Shown: positions 52,234 through 64,000 of the stretch, piece by piece | Numbering within the stretch: position 1 is the first letter of the stretch | How the letters are laid out: the number at the start of each line of letters is the position of its first letter | Assembly: GCF_006345805.1 (NCBI RefSeq) | Contig: NC_043004.1 | Location: 45,942,001-46,006,000 of the forward strand | Direction of reading: 5' to 3' | DNA: 64,000 bases | Origin: Octopus sinensis | Lineage: Eukaryota | Made by a program: the position numbers and the translations under genes | The notes under the pieces: generated by a model | The model's input: only the letters and a program-made list of their open reading frames with translations | Told to the model about the DNA's origin: nothing | The model's database searches: none

Positions 52234-52312
52234 CATACATATATATGTTTGTAAGTATGTACATATATATATATGTAGATATATATACATATATATATAC
52301 GCATATATGTGA

Positions 52313-52361
<49 letters not shown>

Positions 52362-53519
52362 GATAATATAATATAATATACATATATGTGCGTGTGTGTA
52401 TATATAAGTATAAAAAGTATATTATATGTATATATATATTATATTATATATATTATATATATATATATTTATTATATTATATATATATATTATATTATAT
52501 ATATTTATATATATATATACATATATATACATACACATACACACAGGCATACATACATGCATACATACACACATGTATTTGTATGTCAATGTGCGTGTGA
52601 AAGGGAGAGAGAGAGAGAGGAGAGAGGGGGAGAGAAAATGAGATGTACGTTTCTGCGACCAGGTAATCGCCTTAGTTGTTAGAACTCGATACTGAATACG
52701 AAATATCATGTATATATATGTGTGTATTAATATTTGTGCGTATGTATATATATATATATATATGCATACGGACACGTTAGTATATTCATGTGTGTATGTG
52801 TATGTGTGTGGCTGTCTGTGTGTGTGCGCGTGTGTAAAAAATCCGTAGATGATGGATTGCCTTGTGAAGTATCAATGGGCACGGCACAGTTTGACTTAGT
52901 AAATACAATATTTCTTTCTTTAGTGAATTAGATTTGGTACCATACTATCGAGAATAACTATGCACAAGGTAGTTTCATTGATCTCTTATTAGATTTGGAT
53001 GCTAATAGCCTTTTCCCTTATTGTAAACCCAGTGAAAGATTATTCAAATGTATCAGTTATCTTATCATCCGCCAAACCTGAATTTAGTCTTCAATGTTAG
53101 TAAGTCTATATAATATTTATCTGAAGCTGTAGTTGACTTTAGAAAAAAAAATAGCTGAAAAAACGGAAAAAATAGCATTACTTGTATTAGAAAGTATTTA
53201 ACTAGTGGGTTTCTTTATATGATAGAATATATGCACAGACTGCTAGGAATACGGAATACACATACGAATATTATGTGATATAATAATATTTTAGCTGGAA
53301 GTTTCTTTGTATTATATCGCAGATTACAATTACATATATCCATCCATCCATCAATTCATCCATCCATCCATCCATCCATCCATCCATCCATCTATCCATC
53401 CATCCATCCATCAACCAATCCATCAAGCCATCCATCCATCCATCCATCCATACATACATACATACATACATACCTGCATATATAAAGTAAAGTGGAAGAA
53501 GTGAAATAAAATGATTTTC

Positions 53520-53860
53520 TGAGGCTAACTGCATCCCCCACCTCGCTAGTATTCAGGTGGAGAAATCCCCATCACAGTACTGATGTTCGAACACAGCGTT
53601 GAGTGGTGTAAGTTACATTATACCATTGATACCTCGATGGCGCCTTTGTCATAACACGTTACAAGGATGAGGTCACCAGGATTCACGGTACCTTCAACAA
53701 CTTCCACCACAACATCCAGTTCGACATTAACCGCCCTGTCGCAAATGGCCAGCTAAGCCACTTGAATTTCAACATGTCCTTTACCTTGGGATGTATAACA
53801 ATCAGATTTCTGGAGAAAGAGACAAAGGAGAGATTCGGCTTATGTAAGGACTTTGAAGTA
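53520..53860 (+). mobile_element. Penelope-like RT fragment
   Basis: Frameshifted NCI.P.LA, YID-like motif, then EVTRIHGTFNNFHHNIQFDINRPVANGQLSHLNF (PLE RT, post-catalytic region). Confidence 0.55.
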
Positions 53861-54109
53861 CAAGGTGTTCCTTGATGAACTCAACTACTGCTTTAGAAGG
53901 GATGACGAGGCCGAAACAAAAAACTCAGAGCGGATGAATTTCACTAAGATGCTTTGTCTAAGAGGATACATGTTATGATTTAGAGAGAATTATTGTGCAA
54001 CACTAAACAAACGAGCAGATGGGCATCGGGTGATATCGCAGAATGCCGACCCGCCTACTACTAAATCCTGGCGCCGAAAAGACAGGCGAACGACCTACGA
54101 GATGGTGAT

Positions 54110-54312
54110 AGTAACAACCACCACAGCAACCACCACCGTGACAACAATGGCCGATGAGCTCATGACGACCACAACACCTACGACAGCAACAGCAACAACA
54201 TCAACCACCATGAGAACAACTGCGTCAAATACAACAGCAACAACAACAAAAACCACATCAAGTAGAACAACTACAACTACAGCAGTAACAACCGCAGCGG
54301 CAAACAACAGCA
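54110..54312 (+). repeat. Degenerate (ACA/ACC)n array
   Basis: Direct reading; source of the poly-T ORF. Confidence 0.85.
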
Positions 54313-54313
54313 A

Positions 54314-54500
54314 GTAGAGGCACGATGGCGCAGTGGTTAAGGCAGCGGACTTGCAATCGCAAGAACGCGGTTTCGGTTCCCAGTCCGAGCATTGTGAGTG
54401 TTTATTGAGCACAAACACCTAAGTTCCATGAGACTCCGGCGGAAGGGGGGGGGGCTCTACTCTTTCACCACAACTTTCTCTCACTCTCTCTTCCTACTTC
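54314..54500 (+). mobile_element. SINE family C head, diverged
   Basis: gcagtggttaaggcagcggac...gtgagtgtttattgagc. Confidence 0.8.
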
Positions 54501-55150
54501 TGCCACAAAGCAGAGGAACCATGGTGTAAGCCACTATGGTGTGGTAAACTTTCAGACCCTAGTCTAGATTGCGAATCTTCTCTACCCCAAGATGGTTCAG
54601 CTCTCCATCTGTTAAAAGCCACCGTTTACAGAATGAAGATAACAACGTAGCTTTGGCATCCGTGCAACGGCCACTCTATCGCGAGTGGTGGGTGGATCTT
54701 CAAGTTGCCACACGCATTCTTAGTAGCTTAGAGTAGGCTCGAATTAAAGATTATTCATTGTGGCTGATGATATGAGTCCTAATTGGCAGAAGAAGAAGAA
54801 GGAGGAGGAGGAGGAGGAAAAGGAGGAGGAGAAGAAGAAGAAGACAGCAGCAACAGCTACAACCAATATCCACACCAACAACAACAACAACAACCACGAC
54901 AAGATCAACAACATTCATAATGACAACATCAACAACAACACTAACAGCGATAGCGATGACAATAACAGACTGGCTTCGCAGAGACTGAAGCCGTAAACGG
55001 CCAAAGGATACAAGGGAGAAGAGACTGACAAAAGGAAGAATAGACACTGGGCCCATGTTCCCCTGCACAACTACGGAAAGATGGCGGAGAACAAGTTAAG
55101 AAATAGCATCGGAAAAACTGGAATCTGTCAGAAGCACTAAACGGGGTCGG

Positions 55151-55475
55151 AGACCCCCTTCGGTCACGACACAGACCATGGGATTGCACCTAGAAAGTTA
55201 CCCTCCTAGACACAAGTCCGGGCGAGGTTGTTTATGGAAGACCAGCAGTCGCCCATGCCTACCAGCCTCCCCTCTCCACGCCACCAGTGTTATCCAATGG
55301 AAAGACAAAGGTCGATACAGCTTGGCACCAGTGACGTCGCAACTCATTTCTACAGCTGAGTGAACTGGAGCAACGTGAAATAAAGTGCCTTGCTCAAGAA
55401 CACAACACGCAGCCCGGTCCGGGATTCGAGCTCACAACCTCACGATCGTAAGCTCGACGCTCTAACCACTGTGCC
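55151..55475 (-). mobile_element. SINE family D (tRNA head, CORE-like cttgagcaaggcact..cactcagctg)
   Basis: Minus strand cagtggttagagcgtcgagc...gagctcgaatcccgg (A/B boxes). Confidence 0.8.
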
Positions 55476-55499
55476 CACACTCAAATATTACCTCGCACG

Positions 55500-55780
55500 G
55501 ACCAACAACACACCACGACCATTCTGCTTAAAGCAACGTCCAGTCTGAAAAACACAACCAACAAACAGCACGCGGTTACGTTTTAAATCTAAAGTAGTGT
55601 ATCTGATGACGTACTGGTGGAGGACGGCACACGGAGAGTCGACAAGGCGACATCTTCACCTTAGGGTGAAGGAACATTTGTATGAGGCCACTCCACTCAG
55701 AGACGTGTTCCTTCACCACTACCACTGTGATGGAGATTTCTATAGCTGAAAACTAGCGAGGGGAAAGGAGGCAGTTAGGT
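55500..55780 (+). mobile_element. Penelope-like GIY-YIG fragment
   Basis: VVYLMT...GESTRRHLHLRVKEHL. Confidence 0.6.
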
Positions 55781-56357
55781 TACAAATAATAAAGGAACAT
55801 TTCACAAGGAAGCAATGATCTTGCCTGAACCGTTGTAATGAACTGGATGCGTGGAAATATATTTACTTCTTCCAAGATCCTTAATCGTGAAAGGCGGAAA
55901 GCTAACCATCAAGAAAGGGCGAAAAATATGAATTAAAAATACTGACGAAGAACCCTCGATTACAAAGCTTTCATTAAATAAACTACAACACCCAGCAACA
56001 AAACTCACTCTTGTTTACCACGGGTAAGCAAAGTGAGTATAAAAACGACGAGTTAATATTTGCTCATTACGTAGAGTGATTGCTGATATCCGTAGTGCAA
56101 ACAATTGAGATAAAACAGTGGTAACACAACAATAATTAGTTAAAGCAATGAAAAAATGAATAAGTTAATGCATTATATTGGTTCACCGTATTCATAACAA
56201 TAGTGGTTGTTTCCCGATGTTCGTTCGGGGAAGATGGGGTACAATTTTTTGCTGATCACCCTCTACAAATGATTTCGTTATAGTGATCAGATATGTGTAC
56301 TGAGCCACAGCTCCCACCCAATCAATCATCGTTGTTCGAGCAGGTGCAAAGTGTGTG

Positions 56358-56429
<72 letters not shown>

Positions 56430-56874
56430 CGTGTGTGTGAATTCAAATTCTTTAAAACCATTGTGAATTTATAAACAATAAATGTATGGTCACAAAAGTA
56501 TCTGACTGATTTTGTATTAGCGATTTCGGCAGATTTTTTTTTGTATAAGAACAAAATATAAATACCTGCGTTTTCCATACAATATTTTCTAAGGTTTGTT
56601 AGCATAGCATATATTCTATACTTTTATACATACATAATGTGCACACACTCATATACACAAAAACAAAAACACACATATTTATGTATGTTATAATCTATGG
56701 CTACATATATATATATATACATTTACATATACACATATACATGCATATATATATATAATATATATATGTATATACACGTACATGTATGTATATACATATA
56801 CATAAACATATATATATATATGTGTGTATGTATGTATGTATATGCATATATATGTGTATATGTATATATATGTA

Positions 56875-56909
<35 letters not shown>

Positions 56910-57365
56910 GTACACGTGCGCGCACACACACACACAAATATATATTATTCAGTGCTTTTGCAGATTTACAAATATGCATAAAAGTATCTAAGGACATGTA
57001 TATATATTTATATATCCAACATGAAAAAGAGATATATAATGAATGGAACAATGAAAATGAGGAGGAAAAGCCACACAAAGACCAAACAAATTATGTGAGA
57101 GAGGTGTGACTTATCAAAATATACTTAAGAGAATTTCAATTGCTGCAGTGTTGTTCATCCTCAGAGATGATAGGAAACTATAAGCCAAGTGCGATTGATA
57201 TAGTCATTGAAAGCTTCTAACGATATCACGAAATAGACTTTGCACAATTACGTCAATTGGACGCCTTCATGTCGGCAGTTTCGATCGATTAGAAATAGAT
57301 CTCGCCCACTTTCCTCCCCTATATATATATATATATATATGTATATACATACAAACACATATAAG

Positions 57366-57405
<40 letters not shown>

Positions 57406-57406
57406 A

Positions 57407-57446
<40 letters not shown>

Positions 57447-57628
57447 CATATACACACATAAATATATAGATATATATATAAACAAAATATATATATAAAA
57501 TATATTATATATTACACATACATATATATACACATACATATATACTATATGTACATACAAACATACACAAACATATATATATAATACATACATCCATACA
57601 TAAATACATACATATATATCACATGTAC

Positions 57629-57671
<43 letters not shown>

Positions 57672-57696
57672 CATCCATACATGCATATATATGTAC

Positions 57697-57727
<31 letters not shown>

Positions 57728-58214
57728 CGTATATATGAGAGAATGTATATATTTATATGCATGTATATGATTCTCCCTCTCTCTCTCTCTGCATGCATGT
57801 GTGCTCACATACACGCATACAGACACACACATTCTAACACATACGTTAAATTGCTTGCCCTCATATACATACTCACAAATATAAGACGAAGACACCGGGT
57901 AATATATTCAATGATACATGTGTGTAGACAACTGAGTATATGCACACACATAGGTATACAAGGCTACGTCCAAAGATCTATTCAAATATGCATTAAATAT
58001 ACATATATTTACATATAAACCTAAAAATACATCAGCTTATTTATGTTCATAGACATATAGTTTCCTACACACGCCCATGCATAAATATAGACATCTATAG
58101 ACAGAAACAAACTTGTATAATGATGAGCAGAAGACAAATACCTATACAGTTTCATATATACGTATATATATATTTGTAAAGGTATATATACATATGATAT
58201 ATATATATGTGCAC

Positions 58215-58251
<37 letters not shown>

Positions 58252-58314
58252 CACACAAATATATATATTATATATATATATATTATATATATTATTATAT
58301 ATATATACATATAT

Positions 58315-58350
<36 letters not shown>

Positions 58351-58988
58351 CAATATACATACATATATATATAAGCATATATTTATGTTTGCATGTATGC
58401 ATGTGTGTATGCATATATAAATAATATATGTATATATATTATATAGCATATATACGCATGTATGTATATATATATATATATATATAATTATATACAGTGA
58501 CGTACATATAGAAGCTCATGCATAAGTAAATACCTGCCTATTTACAGAGATTCATGAATAATACACTCCTAAAATCAAACATACACACACATACACAGAG
58601 AGAGGAGTAAAGAGATTGATATATAGTGAGATATCTACCTCTCTCTCTATATATATATGTAATATGTATATGAAAATATAAATATCTATATATATATAAT
58701 ATACATATAAATATATAATATATATATATATATATATGTATGTATATATATATATACATGCATGCACACAAGCATGCACACGAATATACTGTAAGAAACG
58801 ATCGTACATTTAGGGTGATACACACAAACTTATAAAAGCTTTCATTGAAACCGATGCAAAAGAACATATGAGCACACTCAAACAGACATAACTGCACGGA
58901 AATAGATTCTTATGCAACTATAGTATATATTTGTGCTGCGTGTGTACATAATTATGTATTTATATATGTAATATATTATGCCTGCATT

Positions 58989-59082
<94 letters not shown>

Positions 59083-59228
59083 TATATATGTAGATATATG
59101 TTTAAATTTGAAATGGTTGTTATGCTAAATTTTTGTGAGAAAATTTCTTAGTAGTAGACCATAGCGGATCCACTTCTAGCATAAGTGTGTCCACATAGTG
59201 GTTTCCCTCTAATATGTATATAATATAT

Positions 59229-59273
<45 letters not shown>

Positions 59274-59311
59274 ATATATGTATTATGCATACGTGTGTGT
59301 GTACGTATATA

Positions 59312-59342
<31 letters not shown>

Positions 59343-59349
59343 CTGCCAA

Positions 59350-59600
59350 AGGGTACATGCGTATAGAATAGAATGTAACAACGGCCACAAATTCCATGTG
59401 GGTAGCACAACAAGTTCGTTACACATTCGCATCAAAGATAATCTGAACACGAGAACCTCCTCCCTCAGAAAACATTAAGACAAAAGCTTAATATTCAAAA
59501 TTGAGGCCAATGAAAGAATTTTAGGTAATCTAAGAATTAAGGAAGCTATTCTCATAGACAAAGGTGTGCCCAAAATTAGCTACAGGCTGGAGGTTGGCAA
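59350..59600 (+). mobile_element. Penelope-like GIY-YIG fragment
   Basis: IECNNGHKFHVGSTTSSLHIRIKDNLNTRTSSLRKH...GNLRIKEAILI. Confidence 0.7.
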
Positions 59601-60034
59601 TCAGTATATTATTTATCTAAATCTAGGTGCTTGTAGGGTCATTTTTGATAACATGTTCATGTATTATATTAAAAATAGAAGGAAAAAAACGGGAACTGCA
59701 CGTATATTGCGTAACTTACAAGCAGCGCTGCAGATGTGCCAACACACACGAGCTTCAGACATGGCATCTCTCACGCACTTCTCCTGGGGAATTCCGGAAA
59801 GCGGTTCGTGAGACCACTGCAGATACTCGTCCGGAGAAAAATTTCAGTAAGCGTTGGAAAAACCGATTATAGCAGTGACTCGATCAATTCCTTGCGATGT
59901 CTGAACAACGAAGTTTTGTATCCCGAAATGTTATTATAATATCAGACTATGGATAATTAAATTATAACATTTATTATAGCCCACTCAGCGTTGTGCATTC
60001 ATGACACGTTATATTTTACAAAGATTATAATGTG

Positions 60035-60600
60035 AAATATTTAAGATAAAATCAAATTTCACCTGTGTTTCTGAAGACTTAACCTATGCCATTACCTGCT
60101 TAGGTTGCGGAAATCACCATATAGGCCAATCAGAAATGTCACCCTGACGGAGAACAACTCCTCACAAAGAACAAAACCGCTACCCACAATATAGACAGAT
60201 ACAGGTCGGAGAGCACGTAGAAAATATCCTCTAAACCTCAAACTGAACTTTCTAATTTTTCCTTTTTATCAATGTTCAGAGAACACCTGAGTACAGCAAA
60301 CATTAAATAAGGAGACAAATTTCATTAATAAATATCATTCACAAATCAACAGGAGCACATAACTTAATACAGAACAATACTAAACTTAACATTACCAATA
60401 ATCCCACTGAAATCCTTACATCCCATACACCACTCATATTCCATTATTTATATCTACATTAATTGCATCACTTCCAGAATTGCTTACCTCCATTGCATGT
60501 AATCTTTTCACTCACATACTATTAGACTCAACATCGTTTGAAATCGATGTTCATCCTAAGTTAGTGACCAGCTCTGACGATACCGGTATGACTTTGAATC
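60035..60600 (+). mobile_element. Penelope-like GIY-YIG 3' end and UTR
   Basis: CVSEDLTYAITCLGCGNHHIGQS...PHKEQNRYPQYRQIQVGEH...IFPFYQC...KETNFINKY; decayed ctgacga motif near 60575. Confidence 0.7.
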
Positions 60601-60788
60601 TCTATAATGATTCATAATAATGATATTTATATTCCATAATTTCACCTCGCATCATCTAATTGTATGTATATATCTTTGCTTTTCTTAGAAAGCCTTTATT
60701 TGCCATATCTAATGTACATTTTCTTTGATTTGTTTTTACTTACCCCTATTTATACCACATGTAATATTTTTTCTTCGAAATCTATTTC

Positions 60789-60819
<31 letters not shown>

Positions 60820-60959
60820 ATATAATTATATGTATATATATATATATATACGTTTTTATATAAGTTATATACACATAGACGAATATATTTAAATATGTAT
60901 ATATAAATATAATACATATATATGCACTTATATATGCATATAATATATAAATACATATA

Positions 60960-61006
<47 letters not shown>

Positions 61007-61510
61007 ACAATGCATTTACATATGTAGTATATACGCATATTTAAGCAAATACATTTACAAATAAGTATATACACATATATTTATATATCTGTTTGTGGGG
61101 GTGTGCGCGTGCGTATGTATTTGTGTTGCGTATTTCGCTAGTCTTATAGAAAGATACACATAGATACATACCTAACAGTAACTGTCCAGATGAAAGCATA
61201 ATGTCTTTGTCACTGTAGGTACATTCATAAATGCTTCAGCGTATATTTTTGCAATTTCATCGTATCTAACAATAGATTATCTTATATAGTGGCTAAAATA
61301 GCAATTTGAATAACGGATATAATTTATCACAGTAATCACAGTTATCATAATTCTGCCAGATTCGTATTTAGAATTCAGCACACAGTTCAAGGAAGATATA
61401 TTTGATGTTTCCAACGTTTTCAGTTCCCGTCTGAATTTCTCTGAATATCTCTGTCATACTTCTCTAAACTATGAATGTATGCATGTATGTACACACACAC
61501 ACACACACAC

Positions 61511-61824
61511 ATATATATGTGAGTGTGTGTTTGTGGGTGTCTGTGTGCATGCTGATATGTAGGTGAATGTGTACATTTATACATAAATATACATATGAAT
61601 TATATAATACATAATAGATACATAATATATATATATACAATATTTATTCATCCATATAACATATATATATGTGAGTGTGTGTTTGTGGGTGTCTGTGTGC
61701 ATGCTGATATGTAGGTGAATGTGTACATTTATACATAAATATACATATGAATTATATAATACATAATAGATACATAATATATATATATACAATATTTATT
61801 CATCCATATAACATATATATATAT
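61511..61824 (+). repeat. Perfect tandem duplication, 152-bp period x2
   Basis: gtgagtgtgtgtttgtgggtgtctg... starts at 61519 and at 61671, identical. Confidence 0.9.
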
Positions 61825-62254
61825 GTGTGTGTATGTGTATATATGTGTACATATGTGTGTGTGTTTGTATGTGTGTGTGTATGTATGTGTGTGTGTGTGA
61901 GTGTGTGTGTGTAAAGTTAAGATCCGTGTATCAAGTTGTAAGAAATTAGTAAGCTTCGAGTAGTCCGTTGAAGGTATAAAAAGCAACTCTCAGGAACAAA
62001 AGTGGTTTATTGGCATTGAAGATTTTAAATGTTTTCCATATCGGAATTCTATAAGCTGAAAAAGGTTATTTGATAGTTTACGGTCAGTGGCTGGGGTTGC
62101 CGCGTACACGAATAAAAGGTCGGCTAGAAACTAGCGGATTACTCCTCGTTTGGGCAACTACTACTTCCGAGATTCTGCTAGTTATGAAGCATATGTAGCC
62201 TGGATGTTTTTATCTCTCTTATCTGCTCCATTCCTTAAATTTGAGTATATATAT

Positions 62255-62320
<66 letters not shown>

Positions 62321-63041
62321 ATGTGTGTGTGCGTGTGTGTGTGTGTATGTGTGTGTGTGTGTGTGGATTTGTTTTTAATCCATCTTTTGGTTACCTAATC
62401 AATTATCATTATCTCAACTAAATCTACGCAGTTTTTGAATTAGATCCAACGGAAAAATACTCCAACTGCTGATGACACCAAGTAGCCCAAACTGTGCCTG
62501 CTCTCTCCTAAACGCTTTAACACGCTAATCTGCATAGACCCATTAATCCAAAATATTACACACACAAATATATACATATATAAAATGAATGGTAAGTATA
62601 CGCACAGGTATGTCCGTGGGTTTGTGCATGTATGTGTAGCGTGTGTTAATCCATAGGAAATGTTTCCTTTGGAAATGATGTGGTATTAGCGAAGAGGAAA
62701 TAAAAAATGAAACAAAATATTTCCTAACATGGAAGATTTTCAAGTTTTAAAATGTTTATTTAGAATGGACGGAGGCGGGAGAAGAATACCAACGGCGAGA
62801 GAAAAAATTTAAAAATATGGAATAGAAAATAGGAAAAGAAATGGATGAAAAAGAAGTCGAACAGCAAAAAGAAGACGACGAGGAATGGCGGAAAATAGGT
62901 AAAAGGTGTGGCACGAGGCCACAGGTACTAAATTCTGAAATTAGGAACTATAGAAATTCCATTAATATTATATGAAAATGTGTATTATAATTGTGTATGG
63001 AAGCTAGACATCGACAGATAAAGAAGAAAAATACAGAGGGA

Positions 63042-63086
<45 letters not shown>

Positions 63087-63177
63087 AGAAGTATGTTGGT
63101 AACGCAAGTAAATAAAGTAAAAAAAACATTTTTGAACAATCTAATAAAATTCCCACGCATAGATTGAAAACTACAGT

Positions 63178-63185
63178 GGTAGTAA

Positions 63186-63220
<35 letters not shown>

Positions 63221-63232
63221 ACAATAATAATA

Positions 63233-63282
<50 letters not shown>

Positions 63283-63298
63283 GTTGATCATGATCATG

Positions 63299-63335
<37 letters not shown>

Positions 63336-63384
63336 TAATAATATTAATAATAATAATGATAATAATAATAATAATAATAATAAT

Positions 63385-63456
<72 letters not shown>
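63178..63456 (+). repeat. (GTA)n(GAT)n(AAT)n compound microsatellite
   Basis: Direct reading. Confidence 0.95.
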
Positions 63457-63457
<1 letters not shown>

Positions 63458-63489
63458 GACAAAAGTGATAAACAAAACTATACTTAGAG

Positions 63490-64000
63490 ACTGCAAGAGG
63501 AGGAAGACTAACTATAAGTATTTTGTGATTTTGGAAATCGATAAATTGATGGAGAAAGAAATGACAGGAAAATTTAAGGCTGAGTACATGCGCAGACTGA
63601 GACTTATCCTTAAGTCGAAATTAAACGGGCGGAATAGGACTGAAGCTATCAACACCTGGGCGATTTCACTCCTTAGATTTGGAGCAGTGGTAATCGCATG
63701 GACAGTAGAACCAAACAGCTTAGAGAGAAAGGCTAGGAAATTGCTAACTAGATATGGGACACTCCACCCAAAAAGTGATACAGACAGACTGTATGTACCA
63801 AAAAACAAAGAGAAGAGGACTTATAGGATGCGAGCACAGCATTAGAGTAGAGGAAAAATAGAGCATGGTATGTAAAAATGCCTCAGAAACGCTATTATTA
63901 GACGAAGGTCAGAGCTGTGTAGGATGAAAGATTTCAAATGTAAAACTCTGTAAAAGCAATTGAAAACGAATAAAACTGAAAATAGATGGGTAAAACAAAG
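63490..64000 (+). mobile_element. R4/Dong-clade LINE fragment (post-RT region), runs off the window
   Basis: EMTGKFKAEYMRRLRLILKSKLNGRNRTEAINTWAISLLRFGAVVIAWT...ERKARKLLTRYGTLHPKSDTDRLYVPK. Confidence 0.85.

Noticed and set aside
54984-55003. CTGAA-gccgt-aa-acggc-CAAA hairpin
   Set aside because: Both catalytic boxes are altered and there is no helix I or III.

Overview
AT-rich, microsatellite-dense eukaryotic DNA. It is most likely intronic or intergenic Octopus (cephalopod) sequence, an assignment from my recognition of the SINE families rather than a database search. No host protein-coding gene can be confidently called: almost all ORF-track entries are translations of (TA)n, (TATC)n, (AAT)n or (CA)n repeats. 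The window is a transposon graveyard. It holds about 20 tRNA-derived SINE copies in 4 families, decayed non-LTR retrotransposons (R4/Dong, RTE), Penelope-like element (PLE) RT and GIY-YIG fragments, mariner DD34D, maT-like DD37D and Chapaev3-like transposase relics, and several MITEs. The most interesting signal is a recurring architecture of fold-back (long inverted repeat) elements carrying hammerhead ribozyme (HHR) motifs. Two have essentially complete minimal type I HHR cores (50932-50972 +, 33284-33332 -), and several decayed ones occur elsewhere. One arm sequence family occurs as a fold-back next to an HHR at two loci 18 kb apart. HHRs in PLE termini are known, so any novelty is limited to this specific fold-back/retrozyme-like architecture. 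A few weak exon candidates are flagged at low confidence.
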